A DNA stretch of 64,000 nucleotides. Origin: Sphaerodactylus townsendi. Taxonomy: Eukaryota. The notes under the pieces are model-generated. The model searched no databases and was not told the origin of the DNA. It worked only from the letters and a program-made list of their open reading frames with translations. Below are positions 60,281 to 64,000 of the stretch, one piece after another. The translations under genes were made by a program, and so were the position numbers. The stretch covers positions 27,528,001 through 27,592,000 of the forward strand of contig NC_059440.1 of assembly GCF_021028975.2 (NCBI RefSeq), written 5' to 3'. Each line of letters starts with the position of its first letter. Position 1 is the stretch's first letter.

Positions 60281-60740
60281 GGCCATTTCCGCACAGGCCA
60301 AAAAAGCAGGTAAAAGGACAGCAAAAAAATGCATTATAGGCGGGGAGTTTGCACGGCCGTCGCTGCAGAAACGACGCTGCAGCGATGTGGCAACTCTCCA
60401 ACGGCCCCACAATGCTTTATTCGAAAATCACTCGCCAAGCGTGTCTTTTCAACAACGGTGCTCCACAGTTGGCGTTATGCGAAGCACCCACCAGGAATTG
60501 GTGCTGCATAGTCCACCCCCCACAATGGCGGCCCACACTGGCCAATCCTGGCGCCGAACGCCCGTGATGTCTAACCTGGGGAAAAAAGAACGCTGTTTGC
60601 AAAGCACAGCCATGCGAAGCGCTGGGGTCTACGGAGCACCCGCCCATGCGAATGCTCTGTTGCTGCAGCATTGTCAATAACACCGATGGCACAACGCTGT
60701 AATGGACTGCACAGAAAGGATGTGCAGAAAGGATGTGGCC
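60281..60740. mobile_element. Longer Harbinger-like non-autonomous element
   Basis: Left end GGCCATTTCCGCACA resembles the MITE TIR; right end imperfect; CpG-rich interior. Confidence 0.5.
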
Positions 60741-61771
60741 CATCCTTTGTACCAGCGTTTTCTGAATTCCAAGCTAAGCCTCTATATTTCTTGCTCTCTT
60801 GTCAGGTCACAGAAACGTTATGTGACCAAGAACATAGATCTTCCCAACCAAACTAGAACCAAACCAATTAATTTTTTTTTCAAAGTCACTTAAAAAAAAC
60901 TCATTTAGGAATAGACCAGCACACTCTGAGCAGAAGAATCCCCCTCTTAATAATAAAAGAACACGGGGCGGTTAGACACAAAAGAAAATATTTAAGCAGC
61001 AGGTGCACAAAGGAGCATCTTAGCAGATTAACCGCAGATGTCATTTGCATGTTTAATTCCAATTATCTCCTCGCCTCTCCTCCATCCCTGTTTGGCTAAA
61101 GTCTCCATTTGGCCGAAAAGAGAATTGCGTAGAAGGGAATAGAACTCGCCTCCAATTCCATGGCACAAAACGACATTCAAACTCTCCACCGTTTTGCCCT
61201 TTCAAGGAATGTGTTTCTTCAGATCTATAAACTTTGGTTCTCTTCCCCGCCCCTGCCAAATTCCAAGCGTAAAAGGAGAGGGAAACAGCTAACAAACTGC
61301 AACCTGGGGAGAAAACACCCCTGCAAGGCGGGCAGCATGCCAATGCACAGAGAGTGCAGGAAACGCCAGAAACACTGTATAAACAGCAAGTTATATTTGC
61401 TGACTTTAAAGCCACCTTGTTTCCCTTCAACAACTGACTTTAAACTGAGATTCATTCAGAACCTTTTAAAACTGGAAAGTTTTGTCTGATGTGTACAGCA
61501 GGTAATAGGCTTCCAGAATTCTCTCTACAGCCCTGTCCCAAAAATAGGGTTCTGAACTGTATCAGTTTGTACTAAACCACACAACTGTCACAGCCTTATC
61601 ACGGCAGAGTCTGAATGTTCTGGTGCCTGCCACAAACCAGGAAACGACCCAATCTGAATTTTTACAAAATCCTAAAGATATCCAGCAGACTGAATGGCGG
61701 CCCCTCTCGACCCCCCAAGCCCACCCGCAATTCACCTTATCAGGGAAGATTTTGTAACAGGCAATACCTAC

Positions 61772-61830
61772 CAATATTTAGTCCCATAGTACTGAAAAAA
61801 GATTAAATAACGAGTGGTTGAAGGGGTCAT
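61772..61830 (-). CDS. PUSL1: tRNA pseudouridine synthase-like 1, coding exon 1 (total 293 aa)
   Basis: MTPSTTRYLIFFQYYGTKY (TruA motif I); Kozak GCCACGATG; a CATCAG acceptor at 61850-61851 suggests a further upstream non-coding exon. Confidence 0.9.
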
Positions 61831-62656
61831 CGTGGCTTTCCCCAAAGCCCTGATGGTACAATTTCGGCAGCAATCCCCTATGCTTAAATATAAATCTCAC
61901 AGCAGCATTCAAGTTGCATTCAAGCTCAGGAATATTGAGGATGTCAAAAAGTTTTCCTCGACTTTTCCCCCTGGCAAACCCTCCACTGTCCCTTGCATTT
62001 AAAACTGGCAGCTGAAAACAAATGCATGTTCTCGATCATGCTGCACACCCACATGCATGGCGCATGGAGTTGGGATTCCTAGCTCACTTTTTGTATTTAA
62101 AAAGGCCTCCCAATGACCATATGATTATTGCCTTCCTGTACTGAAATTATAGCGATTATGGTTTTTATCCCTAGGACTTCCAAGATGCTTCTGCTATTGC
62201 AGTATGGTCTTATGTCTCTTACTAATCTGCGGGGTCGGAATCTGGTTCCTTGCCTCCCTAACCTGGTTTGCAACGATCCCGCCCTCTCTTTTTTTGTTGC
62301 TATTTTCAGGCAGCAGCAAGACAGCAAAACCGCTGCAATGAAAGAGATAGGGCGCTTGCAGAGGAGCCCTCACAAGGTCGTGGTCGCATTCTGATGACGA
62401 CATTCGTCCGCAATTTAGCTACTCGGTAGGCTGCGGGAGGGGGCGAGACGCAAGCTCGGTGCTGGTTAGGGATGAGGAGGAAATTCTCAACCCAGACAAA
62501 AGCGTCCACTCCCCTTTGTGCTAAACATTTCAATCCACGTCTAGTGTCTCCAGAAAAAGGTCATTTAAATACGAGGTGGATTTTTAGAAAACTGGAACAG
62601 CTCCTTTTTTTGTTTTCAAAATGTTGGCTATCTTGGGTCGAGTACTTTTAAAGATG

Positions 62657-62707
62657 TCCTTCCTTCCTTCCTTCCTTCCTTCCTTCCTTCCTTCCTTCCT
62701 TCCTTCC
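62657..62707. repeat. (TTCC)n microsatellite
   Basis: Seen directly. Confidence 0.95.
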
Positions 62708-62759
62708 GGAAAAAAAGAAACAAAACATCATAATTCGGCAAATATACATATAAAACAAT

Positions 62760-63200
62760 AACTTTGTATTTGTAATTCGATTTATACCCCACCCTATCCC
62801 CGAAGGGCTCAGGGCGACTAACAACAAAATAAAGCAATATACATTGTAACAAAGTCGCAACAAACATTGTAACTAACAACATACGTAAAAACAACAGACT
62901 TTGTAACTAACAACATACATAAAAACTACATAATAAGAATGAAATTTCCAATGGTGACTTAAACACCCCAAGCCGAACAATTAACTAATAAGAAATACCG
63001 GCAGCACTACATAATACATATCAATACATCAGTACTAAATTCATACGATCAATACATTAACAATAAATCAGTATATTGGCAATCCATCAACAATCCATTA
63101 GCAATCCATCAGCATAATAAATATCAACACATAGACAATATCAATTAATAATATATCAGTACATTTACAACCACAAGTTCACAATGTTTCAATACATCAA
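62760..63200 (-). mobile_element. L2-like LINE 3'UTR and tail
   Basis: Reverse of the CGCCCTGAGCCCTTCGGGGATAGGGTGG stem-loop plus an AT-rich low-complexity UTR. Confidence 0.6.
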
Positions 63201-63676
63201 CTCTATGCCAGTGCATCTGTGGGTTAGTACTTTTCTTTCAACAACAGGAAAGGGTTTGCTTTTGTCCTTTGTTTTTTATAATGGAGCTACGGGCAAACCA
63301 CCTCTGTTGGTGATTTGCCTTGGAAACCCCCCCAGGGTCGCCCGAAGTCAGATGTAAGCTCGATAGCACTGTATTGATGGCACTTTACACATGCATATTG
63401 GGCAAGGCACCCCTGAGCCTGTGCAGAGTGTCTTTTGTGTGCAAAGATAATTTATTTTTCTAGGAATCAGGCCCAGTTCGTCCTCACTCTGATCCAGATT
63501 TGCCCCCTATCAAGCTTGAACTCAATAGACTGTGGATAGTTGGCGCAGTGGGGTTGCCTGCCAGCTCTGCGGTGAGAAATTCCTGGGGATTTGGGGCACG
63601 GAGCCTGAGGCAACTTAGCAGAGTATAATGCCCAAGAGCAACCCCTCCACATTAGCCATTTTCTCCAAGGGACCTG

Positions 63677-63971
63677 AAGAAGGAGGAGGAGTTTGGATTT
63701 ATATCCCCCCTTTCTCTCCTGTAGGAGACTCAAAGGGGCTTACAAACTCCTTGCCCTTCCCTCCCTCACAACAAACACCCTGTGAGGTAGGTGGGGCTGA
63801 GAGAGCTCCGAAAAGCTGTGACTAGCCCAAGGTCACCCAGCTGGCGTGTGTGGGAGTGTACAGGCTAATCTGAATTCCCCAGATGAGCCTCCACAGCTCA
63901 AGCGGCAGAGCGGGGAATCAAACCCAGTTCCTGCAGATTAGAATGCACCTGCTCTTAACCACTACACCACT
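63677..63971 (-). mobile_element. Squam3-like SINE
   Basis: Full-length copy. Confidence 0.85.
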
Positions 63972-64000
63972 GATCGATCATCTGGATCAATCATCCGGAG

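Noticed and set aside
60072-60743. 202-aa ORF and overlapping ORFs
   Set aside because: Span SINE and DNA transposon remnants; no coding signature

Overview
Vertebrate genomic DNA from a squamate, most likely a gecko (dense Squam3-like SINEs with (CTT)n tails, CR1, L2, RTE-X, Penelope, hAT and Harbinger MITEs). It carries the conserved synteny block TAS1R3(-; exons 1-4, 3' part beyond the window) - CPTP(-) - bidirectional CpG promoter - INTS11/CPSF3L(+; 17 coding exons, 600 aa) - an orphan LPAR4/6 (P2Y5)-like GPCR with an intronless ORF (-; 358 aa) - PUSL1(-; 8 coding exons, 293 aa, spread over about 31.5 kb). Exon boundaries were derived by hand from GT-AG sites and phase continuity. Most notable: (1) the extra lipid-type GPCR between INTS11 and PUSL1, where the human locus as I recall it has none; (2) two tandem Penelope-derived minimal hammerhead ribozyme motifs in the PUSL1 sense strand; (3) a net frameshift at the end of TAS1R3 exon 3, probably assembly noise but possibly pseudogenisation; (4) a SPIN-type transposon relic; (5) a palindromic hAT MITE carrying ZNF143/THAP11-type motifs; (6) several enhancer-like non-coding blocks in the enlarged PUSL1 introns. 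Repeat family names and human exon sizes are from memory and need database confirmation; most repeat boundaries are approximate.
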